Assembly: GCA_965223845.1 (NCBI GenBank)
Contig: CBDCXR010000004.1
Span: 800,001-864,000, forward strand
Length of the DNA: 64,000 nucleotides
Direction of reading: 5' to 3'
From: Planctomycetota bacterium
GTDB taxonomy: Bacteria > Planctomycetota > UBA8108 > SXIK01
The notes below the pieces were generated by a model. The model was not told the origin of the DNA, made no database searches, and saw only the letters and a list, made by a program, of their open reading frames with translations. The position numbers and the translations under genes are program-made. Below are positions 56,073 to 64,000 of the stretch, one piece after another. Each line of letters opens with the position of its first letter. Within the stretch, counting starts at the first letter, position 1.

Positions 56073-57776
56073 ATGCTCGGTCGGCCTGGGACGGAGCGGC
56101 GAAGGCGCCGCTCCGTCCCGGTTCGTCTATCGGTAGGAGTGCGTGTCTACCCCGTGACTCGTCGATCGGTCCTCCTACTCCTCGCCGCGCTCTCCCTTGC
56201 GTGTTGGGCCGTATCGCGGAGCGCGACAGGCAACGCACGCGCGTTGGAGGTGCAGGAGGCGAGTGCGAGCCCCGAACCTGAAGATCCGCGTCTTCCCGAT
56301 CCAGCCAAGTTCGACTCACCGCTCCGCGAAAAGGTCGACGAACTGGTTCGTGGCATCGAGGCGCATCCGACGCGCGCACAGGCATGGGGGGATTTCGCCA
56401 TGCTCTGTCACGCTCACGAGAGATACCGATACGCGCGCATTGCCTATCGCGAAGCAGAGCGACTCGATGCGACCGACTCGCTTTGGCCGCACCTCCTCGG
56501 GGTGGCGAGTCTTGCGGCTGGCGACGACGACGAAGCGGCGCGCGCATTCCGCGCGTCCGCCGAGCTCGAGCCGCACGATGTCGTCGCGCGGTGTCAGCTC
56601 GGTGCGATCTCCATGCGGCACGGCGAGCCCGAAGCGGCGCGGCGCTACTTTCTCGATGCCGTCAAGATCGATTCGCGAAACGTGATCGCCCGCGTGGGCC
56701 TGGGCGAGCTGGCGCTCGGCTCCGGCGCGCGCGACGTCGCAGCGAGGAGCGCTCGTCTCGTGCTCGAGGTTTCGCCGCGATCGGCCCCGGCTCACGCCCT
56801 CCTCGCTCGCGTGCTTTCGATGGAAGGCGAGACCGACGCGGCGTCCTTCCATCGGCGATGGGGTGAGTCGGGAGAAGTCGCGCGACAGATCGATCCTTAT
56901 GTCGAGCGAGTTTTCGCCAAAGGAATCGACCACGCAGCACTCGTTCGCCGCGCGGAACGCGCGGCTCGCCGCGGAGACTGGCCGACGGCGAAGATTCGAT
57001 TCGAACAGGCGAGGAAACTCCGACCGGATCGAATCGAGATCCTCTATCGACTTGGAATCAGTTGCCTTCGCGCGGAGGCGCGCGCAGCCGGGATCAAATG
57101 GCTCGAGCAAATCCGCCGAGCGCACGAGCGATACCATGAGGCGCGCCTCGAAATTGCGCGAGCATGTCTCGGGGCGGGAGAGCTTTCGCGGGCGAACGAC
57201 TCCATCGAGCGTGCGGAATCGGTCCGTCGTTCGCCGGCGTCCGTCGTCGCGCGCGCAGAATGGTTCGCCGCGTCGGGAATGAAGAGGCGGGCGATCTCGC
57301 TGCTCGAGGACGCGGCTGCGGACTATCCGAGAGAGGCCGTCGTCCAGCTCGAGCTGGGAAAGATGCTGCTTGAACGCGGTCGCGAGGAACAGGGTGGGGG
57401 GGAAAGCCAAGCGACGAGAACGCTCGAGAGAACTCGAGCGATCCGCGCGGCTCGCGCATTCGAGGCTGCGCTCCTTGTGGCTGTGGATCTGGAGGACGCC
57501 TACCTAGGCGCGGGGAGCGCGCGAATGCAGGTGTGGGAGCTTTCCGTCGACGCGGATGAACGCGCATCGCAACTCGCCGCGGCGATCGTACACTTCGAGC
57601 GCGGCGTTCGTTTGTACCCCGAAAAGAAGCGAGTCCACGTGGCTTATCTGCGCGCTCTTCACACGGCGGGTCGACTGGACGAGTTTAGGCAAGCGGTGGT
57701 GCGAGCTCGTGAGCGCTGGCCCGCCGATCCGCTCTTTCGGCGCCGCCGCGCGAACTCGGGGGCGGGCGGTCGCTAG
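56073..57776 (+). CDS. TPR-repeat protein
   Basis: N-terminal TM; HPTRAQAWGDFAMLCHAH, WPHLLG and further TPR-like helices; similar in layout to 45405..47120. Confidence 0.75.
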   Translation: MLGRPGTERRRRRSVPVRLSVGVRVYPVTRRSVLLLLAALSLACWAVSRSATGNARALEVQEASASPEPEDPRLPDPAKFDSPLREKVDELVRGIEAHPTRAQAWGDFAMLCHAHERYRYARIAYREAERLDATDSLWPHLLGVASLAAGDDDEAARAFRASAELEPHDVVARCQLGAISMRHGEPEAARRYFLDAVKIDSRNVIARVGLGELALGSGARDVAARSARLVLEVSPRSAPAHALLARVLSMEGETDAASFHRRWGESGEVARQIDPYVERVFAKGIDHAALVRRAERAARRGDWPTAKIRFEQARKLRPDRIEILYRLGISCLRAEARAAGIKWLEQIRRAHERYHEARLEIARACLGAGELSRANDSIERAESVRRSPASVVARAEWFAASGMKRRAISLLEDAAADYPREAVVQLELGKMLLERGREEQGGGESQATRTLERTRAIRAARAFEAALLVAVDLEDAYLGAGSARMQVWELSVDADERASQLAAAIVHFERGVRLYPEKKRVHVAYLRALHTAGRLDEFRQAVVRARERWPADPLFRRRRANSGAGGR

Positions 57777-57894
57777 CGGATGTCGCGTCGAACTCGAAGC
57801 TGGGAGCCTCGCGCGAATTCCTAGAAGATAGATCTAAGCCGATGGTCGCCGTCTCCGCGACTTGGCCATCGTTCCAAACGGGGAGTAGACCCGC

Positions 57895-58983
57895 ATGCGA
57901 CTCCGATCGATCAGCGTTCTTCTCGTCTCTGCCGCGAGTTTCTGGAGCGGAGATGCGCTCCGGGCTAAAGACTACGTTTACGTCTCCGCCGCCGCCCAAG
58001 AACGGATTTCGGTCTACGAGCTCGAACCGAAATCGGGAGCGATGGCGCACCGCACGTTCCAGCGGACGGATGGCGAGCCCGGCGCCTTGTGCGTAGGGCC
58101 CGGACGGCGCTACCTCTTCGCGTCGATTCGCTCGAAGGGTCGGCTCGCTTCCTTCGCGGTGGACCCGATCCGCGGAGATCTACGTCCGGTGAGCGACATC
58201 GCCGCGGATGCCGATCCGGCGTACGTGACCACCGACGCCAAGGGGCGGTATCTGCTGTCGGCGTACTACCGAGCGGGAAAAGTCGCCGTCCACCCCATCG
58301 GTCCGGAAGGCGCGCTCGAGGAAAAGACCGCACGCTGGATCGACACCGCCGAGAAGGCCCACGCGGTAGTCCTCGATACCCCCAATCGTTTCGTGTTCGT
58401 GCCCCACACCGGCCCCAACCGGATCTACCGGTTTCGATTCGATGCGCGAACGGGTGCGCTCGAGGCGATGGATCCGCCCTTCGTTTCGACTCCGGAGCGT
58501 TCGGGGCCGCGCCAGGGCTGGATCCATCCCTCTGAACCGTTCGCGTTCTTCGCCAACGAGCAGGGAAGCAGCGTCACCTCCTACGCGTTCGATCGCGAAT
58601 CCGGACGGCTCACCGCGAAAGAGACGTTGTCCACGCTACCGCGAGGATTCTCGGAGCCGAACTCTTGCGCGCGACTCGTGGCCCATCCTACGGGGCGATT
58701 CATTTACGTCGCGAATCGAGGTCACGACAGCATCGCCGCGTTCGCCGTTCATCCGGAGAGCGGAGAGATGCGATTTCTCGGTGCGTTTCCGACGGAGAAG
58801 ACTCCGCGCGGATTCGATCTTGCGGGCGATGGGAGATTCCTGATCGCCGCCGGTCAGAGTTCCCACCGCCTAGCCGTCTATCGGATCCAAGCGACGGGCA
58901 AGCTGGAGCGAACGGGCACGGTCGCCGCGGGACTCAAGCCCTGGTGGGTCCTCGCGGTTCGATTTCCGAACGCGCAGCGTTGA
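57895..58983 (+). CDS. Lactonase family 7-bladed propeller (6-phosphogluconolactonase-like), exported
   Basis: AHAV, VPHTG, SGPRQ, FANEQGSSV, YVANRGHDSIA, KTPRGF. Confidence 0.88.
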   Translation: MRLRSISVLLVSAASFWSGDALRAKDYVYVSAAAQERISVYELEPKSGAMAHRTFQRTDGEPGALCVGPGRRYLFASIRSKGRLASFAVDPIRGDLRPVSDIAADADPAYVTTDAKGRYLLSAYYRAGKVAVHPIGPEGALEEKTARWIDTAEKAHAVVLDTPNRFVFVPHTGPNRIYRFRFDARTGALEAMDPPFVSTPERSGPRQGWIHPSEPFAFFANEQGSSVTSYAFDRESGRLTAKETLSTLPRGFSEPNSCARLVAHPTGRFIYVANRGHDSIAAFAVHPESGEMRFLGAFPTEKTPRGFDLAGDGRFLIAAGQSSHRLAVYRIQATGKLERTGTVAAGLKPWWVLAVRFPNAQR

Positions 58984-59067
58984 CCCGAACGTTCAACCGT
59001 GACGGAAAAGGCAGTCGCTCGGAATACGCTAGGGCTCCAGCGGAGCCGTTCCGCTGCACCGAGCGGG

Positions 59068-59733
59068 TCAGAGCCGGAACGAAACTCCGAAGAGGATGTG
59101 GTGCGTGCCGAAGTCGGCTTCGACGCGGTCGTCGCTCGGAAAGATGATCGCGGCGTCGTCCTCGTACCGACTGTCGAAGTAGGTGTATCGGTATTCGACG
59201 AACAGCGCAAACTTCGGCTGAACGGGGATCGCGATCCCGAGACGCGCGTCGAGCCCAACGTCGAGATTGAGGTCGTCGATGCTGCTCTCCTCGCCGCTCG
59301 GCTCGATGGATTTGCCGTCGAAGAACGAGAGGAAAAAGCCGGGGCCGATCCCGACGTAGGGCTGCACCCGCCCGAGCGGGTACTGAGGCGACGCACCGAC
59401 GGGTACGGAAAACATCACGAGCGGCGTGAACGCGAGCACCGAGTTGTTTTCGACGAAATCGTCGCCGTTGATGTGAAACGCGGAAAGATCGCCCCCGATT
59501 CCGAGCCACGGAGTGAACCACGCCGTGCCGCGGAGACCCCAAGATAACGACGGGGAGTAGTCCTCGACGGCGGAGGTCCGCATGCTCGTGCTCGGATCGA
59601 CTCCCTTCAGACGGTCGGATTCGGTCACGGCGATGCCGAAGGCGAGATCGAGCGAGGTCTGAATCGGCCCCGCTTGGGCCCAGAGTGGGTCGAAAGCGAT
59701 CAGAACGACGGCCGGCACCACGAATCGTTTCAT
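59068..59733 (-). CDS. Outer-membrane beta-barrel protein (OmpA-like/porin family)
   Basis: Signal peptide; alternating strands QPYVGIGPG, LFVEYRYTYF, terminal FGVSFRL. Confidence 0.75.
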   Translation of the reverse strand: MKRFVVPAVVLIAFDPLWAQAGPIQTSLDLAFGIAVTESDRLKGVDPSTSMRTSAVEDYSPSLSWGLRGTAWFTPWLGIGGDLSAFHINGDDFVENNSVLAFTPLVMFSVPVGASPQYPLGRVQPYVGIGPGFFLSFFDGKSIEPSGEESSIDDLNLDVGLDARLGIAIPVQPKFALFVEYRYTYFDSRYEDDAAIIFPSDDRVEADFGTHHILFGVSFRL

Positions 59734-59776
59734 CGTACGTTTCCCTCCGACGAACGCGACCTCGTCGCGAGCTCTC

Positions 59777-61222
59777 TCAATCGTTCGGTGACAGCACTGG
59801 TAGGGACTTTCTCCACGACAAAACTCGCTCCCGCAGCCGATCGGTCAGCGCCGGATGGTCTCCGGCTACATTCACTCGTTCCGCCGTGGACGCCGCGAAA
59901 TCGTAGAGCTCGACGCGTGAGCCGTCCGCGTTGACGAGAAGCTTCCAGCGGCCGTCGCGGATCGCGAGATTGGGACTCTGGTCGGCGTCTAGACCGGGTC
60001 TCAGGTACGTCGAGTCGCGTCCGTATTCCCAGAGAATCGGACGCCGTCGCGGTGCGGAGCGACCGAGAAACGCTGCGCTTCGGTCTTCCCCGTCGAACGC
60101 GACTCCGTCGGGCGGCGGGACCCCTGCGAGCCGGCAGAATGTGGGGAAGAGATCGATGGCCCCGATGATCGAGCTCTCGTCGACGCGTCCGGCGGGGATC
60201 CGTGCCGGCCAGCGGACGATCAGCGGCATCCGAATTCCGCCTTCGTAGAGACTCCACTTGCGCCCGCGAAAGCCGGCCGTGCTCCCGGGTGGATCGAGTC
60301 CCTCGCGGTAGTACTTCTTCCACGCGGTCGGTCCGTTGTCGCTCGTGAGAACGACCATCGTATCCGCGCCGATCCCGAGCTCGTCGATGCGCCTCACGAG
60401 CCGTCCGATCTCGCGGTCCATGTCAGCGAGGACTGCGTAGAGCTTTCGCTCGTAATGATTCGCGGAGTACCGTTCGAAGCGCGCCAGCGACTCGTCGGTC
60501 GGCCGATGGGCATCGTGAACGTCGTTCAGCCAGAGATGGAGATAAACGGGCTTAGCTCGGTTTTGTTCGATGAACTGAATCGCACGATCGACGTAGATTC
60601 CCGTCAAGCGATGCTTCGGCTCGTAGCGCACGTCTCCGCGTCCGATCTTTCGGTGCTCGGCGGCGAGCTTTTCCGAGAAGATGACGCGATCGCCGAGACC
60701 TTCGAAGCACACGAGCGATTCATCGAAGCCGTACGCTTGCGGAAGAGGGGCTTCGACGACGTCGCGGCCTCCGCCCATGTGCCACTTCCCGAAGTGTGCC
60801 GTCGCGTAGCCGGCCGCCTGGAACGATCGCGCGATCGCCGGAGCGGCCGGGTCGAGAAAATCGCGCATTCCACGCGCGCGATTCCGCTTCTTCGTCGCGA
60901 GGTAGGAGTGGATCAGGTGGCGCGCGGGGAATTGTCCGGTCGTGATCCCGACGCGAGACGGCGAGCAGATCGGGGACGCGACGTAGAACTGTGTGAAGCG
61001 GGTCCCTTCCGCAGCGAGTCGATCGATCGCTGGCGTTCGCACGACCCGGTTTCCCGTGCAGCTCAGATCGCCGTACCCCATGTCGTCGATGAGGATGACG
61101 ACGATATTCGGCTTTTCGCGCGCGGCGACAAGCCTCGGCGAAAGGGTCGAGACGGCGACGTACAAGAGGAGCGCGAGAGCGAAGCAACGGACGCGGCCGA
61201 CCACGCGGAAGGACGGAGTCAT
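59777..61222 (-). CDS. Sulfatase (formylglycine-dependent)
   Basis: PNIVVILIDDMGYGD, CSPSRVGITTG, GKWHMG, TSDNGP, KWSLYEGGIRMP. Confidence 0.92.
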   Translation of the reverse strand: MTPSFRVVGRVRCFALALLLYVAVSTLSPRLVAAREKPNIVVILIDDMGYGDLSCTGNRVVRTPAIDRLAAEGTRFTQFYVASPICSPSRVGITTGQFPARHLIHSYLATKKRNRARGMRDFLDPAAPAIARSFQAAGYATAHFGKWHMGGGRDVVEAPLPQAYGFDESLVCFEGLGDRVIFSEKLAAEHRKIGRGDVRYEPKHRLTGIYVDRAIQFIEQNRAKPVYLHLWLNDVHDAHRPTDESLARFERYSANHYERKLYAVLADMDREIGRLVRRIDELGIGADTMVVLTSDNGPTAWKKYYREGLDPPGSTAGFRGRKWSLYEGGIRMPLIVRWPARIPAGRVDESSIIGAIDLFPTFCRLAGVPPPDGVAFDGEDRSAAFLGRSAPRRRPILWEYGRDSTYLRPGLDADQSPNLAIRDGRWKLLVNADGSRVELYDFAASTAERVNVAGDHPALTDRLRERVLSWRKSLPVLSPND

Positions 61223-61252
61223 CGAGCTTTCCTCGGGAGAACTGAAGGTCGA

Positions 61253-61909
61253 CTATTCGGTGCCAAACATCCGGTCGCCGGCGTCGCCGAGACCGGGGAG
61301 GATGTAGCCGGCGGAGCTGAGCTTTCGGTCGAGCGCCGCGCAGAACACGCGGACTCCTGGATGGTCATTCGCCATGCGCCGAACACCTTCGGGGGCGGCG
61401 ATCACGGTCATGAAGCGGATTTCGCGAGCACCGCGTTCGACGAGCTCGCGGACCGCGGCGCTCGCGGATCCACCTGTAGCGAGCATGGGATCGACTACGA
61501 TGAAGACGCGTGACGACGGTTCCGGCGGCAGGTTGAGATAGTAGAGATTTGGGGCGAGCGTCGCCTCGTCGCGTTTGATACCGATCGACCCAACCGCCAT
61601 GTTCGGGATCAGACGGAGCATTCCTTCGACGAGGCCGAGTCCTGCCCGCAGGATCGGTACGACCGCGACGTTCTCCTCCCGCACGTGATCACCCGACGTC
61701 TCTTCGAGGGGCGTTTCGATCGCGCGGTCTTCCACGGGAAGATCGCGCGTCACCTCGTAGGCCATCAAGGTCGCGATGTCTCCCAGCAGAGACCGAAACT
61801 GCGGCGTCGGCGTCGAAGCGGCGCGAAGGAGAGAGACCTTGTGCCGGAGAAGCGGGTGATCGAGGAGAACGAGATTCGGCAACTCAGCCGGTGTCGTGTG
61901 AGTCATCAC
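61253..61909 (-). CDS. upp: Uracil phosphoribosyltransferase
   Basis: HPLLRHK, VVPILRAGLG, DPMLATGGS, YILPGLGDAGDRMFGT. Confidence 0.97.
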   Translation of the reverse strand: MMTHTTPAELPNLVLLDHPLLRHKVSLLRAASTPTPQFRSLLGDIATLMAYEVTRDLPVEDRAIETPLEETSGDHVREENVAVVPILRAGLGLVEGMLRLIPNMAVGSIGIKRDEATLAPNLYYLNLPPEPSSRVFIVVDPMLATGGSASAAVRELVERGAREIRFMTVIAAPEGVRRMANDHPGVRVFCAALDRKLSSAGYILPGLGDAGDRMFGTE

Positions 61910-61942
61910 GGAAAGCAGCGGACGTCCTTTCGAAGGAGCGAC

Positions 61943-63265
61943 TCATCGGAGTGGGAAATCGAACTTCACGCGTTTCGCGTCACGGACGACGACGACCTGG
62001 AGCCGATCTCCGCGTTTCCGAGTCTGCATCGCGTGGGCGAAGATTGCCGACTCCGTGACGAGATCGGAGCGTCCGTCGACTTCGACGAGAATGTCGCCCT
62101 TGCGGAGCCCGGCGTCCTTTGCGGTGCGGTGCTCGCCGTATTGTCCGACGTGCTCGACGCGGAGCGCGAGCTGCGACGGCTCGACCTTGGCCCGCGCGCG
62201 CTCTTCGCTCGACGCCGGCTTGAGAAGCATGCCGCCGAGGGCCATCCGCCTCAGATCCCAGCTCGTCGTTCGCCACGAGAGATCCCCCGAACGGCGCCAG
62301 CCGGGCGGAAGGTCGAGAGAGAGCTCGACGGCCCGCTCACCTCGGGTCACGACAGCGTCCAGACTAGCCGGCGACCCTGCGCAGTGGAGAACCCACTGGA
62401 CATCCGCTATCGAGATCAACGGCTGGCCGTCGAGGCGGCGGAGACGATCGCCGGGGCGAAAGCCCGCTCTCGCCGCCGGCGAGTCGGCGGTGACCGCGCT
62501 CACGCGCGCTTTCTCCTTGGGATCGAACGCGAGACCGACCACGTTCGGATGCGGCCACGGGAAGAGGATCTCATCCGGAATCTCCTGGGCGGATTCGCGG
62601 CGAAGTCGTCGCTCGGCGTTTCCGATCATGTGGCAGTGGATGCACTGGCGCGCGACGCCCTTCCCAAAGGTGAGCGTGGACGAGAACTTCTTGAGCGATG
62701 GATACGATTCCGGAGTGCGGTGGGGCGATGAGCGAGGGCGAGATTTCCCCGCGAGGTGCTCGCGATCGCGCGGGTAGCTCGCGTGGAGCTCGAGAGCTCC
62801 GGCGAGGGCCTGAGCGAAGCCGGCCAGCGAAATGTCCCGCGTCGCCTCTTTCTGACTCGAACGCGTTCCGTAACGACCGTAGATCGTACCGTCGGAGTTC
62901 AAGAAGAACGCGGCGAACGTGAGGTCGTAGTCGAACTCGAACCGCTCGAGATCGAGTCCGTTCCCCTGGATCACGCGGACGCGTACGAACTGGCGGAGCA
63001 ACTCGTCGATCGTCTTATCGTGACGAGCAACCTGCTCGTCGAAGCCTTGGCAGGCGTGTCACGGGATTCACCGAAAGACGAGGAGGAGCGGTTTTCCACT
63101 CGCCTTCGCTTCGCGAAAACCGGCGTCGACGTCGTTGTAGATCCAGCGACCGTCCGACTCGATTGCGGTCTTGTCGCGCTGGACGAGCGTGTCGCGATCT
63201 TGAGCGATCGCCGGCGCCGCGAACGCCGCGGCCGCCAAGACGATCCTCGTGAACTTCGATCTCAT
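61943..63265 (-). CDS. Thioredoxin-like/PDZ-domain selenoprotein with two in-frame UGA (Sec) codons, 440 aa
   Basis: AAGGAG RBS and ATG 63265; signal peptide; WIYND..AGF.EAK.SGKPLLLVFR-TGA(63070-68)-IP-TGA(63061-59)-HACQGFDEQV continues in frame into ORF 61943..63001 (FEFDYDLTFAAFFLNSDGTIYGRYG, CIHCH, two PDZ domains); SECIS-like hairpin downstream. Confidence 0.85.
63022..63040 (-). promoter_or_regulatory. Putative bacterial SECIS element
   Basis: Minus-strand GACGAGCA-GGT-TGCTCGTC: perfect 8-bp stem with a G-rich apical loop, starting 18 nt after the second UGA. Confidence 0.75.
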
Positions 63266-63410
63266 GGGGAGTCTCCTTCTGGGATCAGGTTTCTCGGCCG
63301 ATACCCTTCCGTCGCATTCGGATTCGGGCATCGGGCGGGAATTCCCAGTGCCGATTGTCGCCGAAGCCCCGACGATCGCCAAGCGTCGACGAGACGCTGC
63401 ATGGGCCAGC

Positions 63411-64000
63411 TCACCTCGGGAAGGAGGCGAGCACGTCGCTGAACACTCCGCTCAGTTCGCGGGCATCGTCGAGCGAAAACACCATCGGTGGCTTGATCTT
63501 GATCACGTTGTGAAGTGGTCCGTCGACGCTGAGGAGGATGCCGCGCTCACGCATCGCCTCGACGATGGCGGCCGCCTCGCGATCGGCGGGTTCGAGAGTC
63601 GCACGATCGCGAACCAGCTCGATGCCGATGAAGAGTCCTCGTCCTCGGACGTCGCCGACGATCTCGTAGCGAGTGCCGAGCTCACGGAGGTCGTGGAGGA
63701 GAGCGGCGCCGACGCGATCCGCGTGCGCGCGCAGAGATTCTCCCTCGAGAACGTCGAGTACCGCGTTACCGGCCGCGCAGGATACGGGATTGCCACCGAA
63801 GGTGTTGAAGTACTCCATGCCGTTGTCGAACGCCGCGGAAATCTCCGAAGTCGTGACGACCGCCGCCAGCGGATGTCCGTTCCCGATCGGTTTCCCGAGG
63901 ACAACGAGATCAGGGACGACGCCCTGGAGCTCGAACGCCCACCAGTGCGCACCGCAGCGGCCGAATCCGACCTGGACCTCGTCCGCGATCGCGACTCCCC
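63411..64000 (-). CDS. Class III aminotransferase, C-terminal part (runs off window edge)
   Basis: Frame open to the window end: [26 protein letters not shown] (PLP lysine), [34 protein letters not shown]. Confidence 0.9.
   Translation of the reverse strand, partial: GVAIADEVQVGFGRCGAHWWAFELQGVVPDLVVLGKPIGNGHPLAAVVTTSEISAAFDNGMEYFNTFGGNPVSCAAGNAVLDVLEGESLRAHADRVGAALLHDLRELGTRYEIVGDVRGRGLFIGIELVRDRATLEPADREAAAIVEAMRERGILLSVDGPLHNVIKIKPPMVFSLDDARELSGVFSDVLASFPR

Noticed and set aside
63059-63070. Pseudogene (two nonsense mutations) or genome-wide UGA reassignment as the explanation for the TGAs
   Set aside because: Two independent stops exactly at CxxC positions plus a SECIS-like hairpin is unlikely decay, and TGA terminates many other genes in the window.

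Overview
High-GC bacterial chromosomal window, most consistent with a Planctomycetota genome (inference from PVC-type heme-binding proteins, several sulfatases, ASPIC/UnbV and lamin-tail/CotH/dockerin-like proteins). It holds about 38 CDS and one tRNA-Val(UAC); I saw no CRISPR array, integrase or transposase. Left to right: an MntR/DtxR regulator, a truncated globin, a carbamoyltransferase-SxtJ-SxtK(DUF5989) triad, a cytochrome/ferredoxin pair behind a sigma54-type promoter, a carbohydrate-active cluster, hemN, three dockerin-tailed surface proteins (two with F-type lectin-like domains), a small islet beside the tRNA, a multiheme cytochrome/TPR/ASPIC cluster with two more dockerin-tailed proteins, and upp. 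The best finding is a gene the ORF track splits in two (61943..63265, minus). It is an exported thioredoxin-like/PDZ protein whose predicted active site reads R-TGA-I-P-TGA-H-A-C (UxxUxxC, two in-frame UGA codons). A perfect SECIS-like hairpin follows at a distance compatible with both UGAs, making it a candidate double-selenocysteine protein that also carries a CxxCH motif. All product calls come from motif recognition by eye, not database searches.
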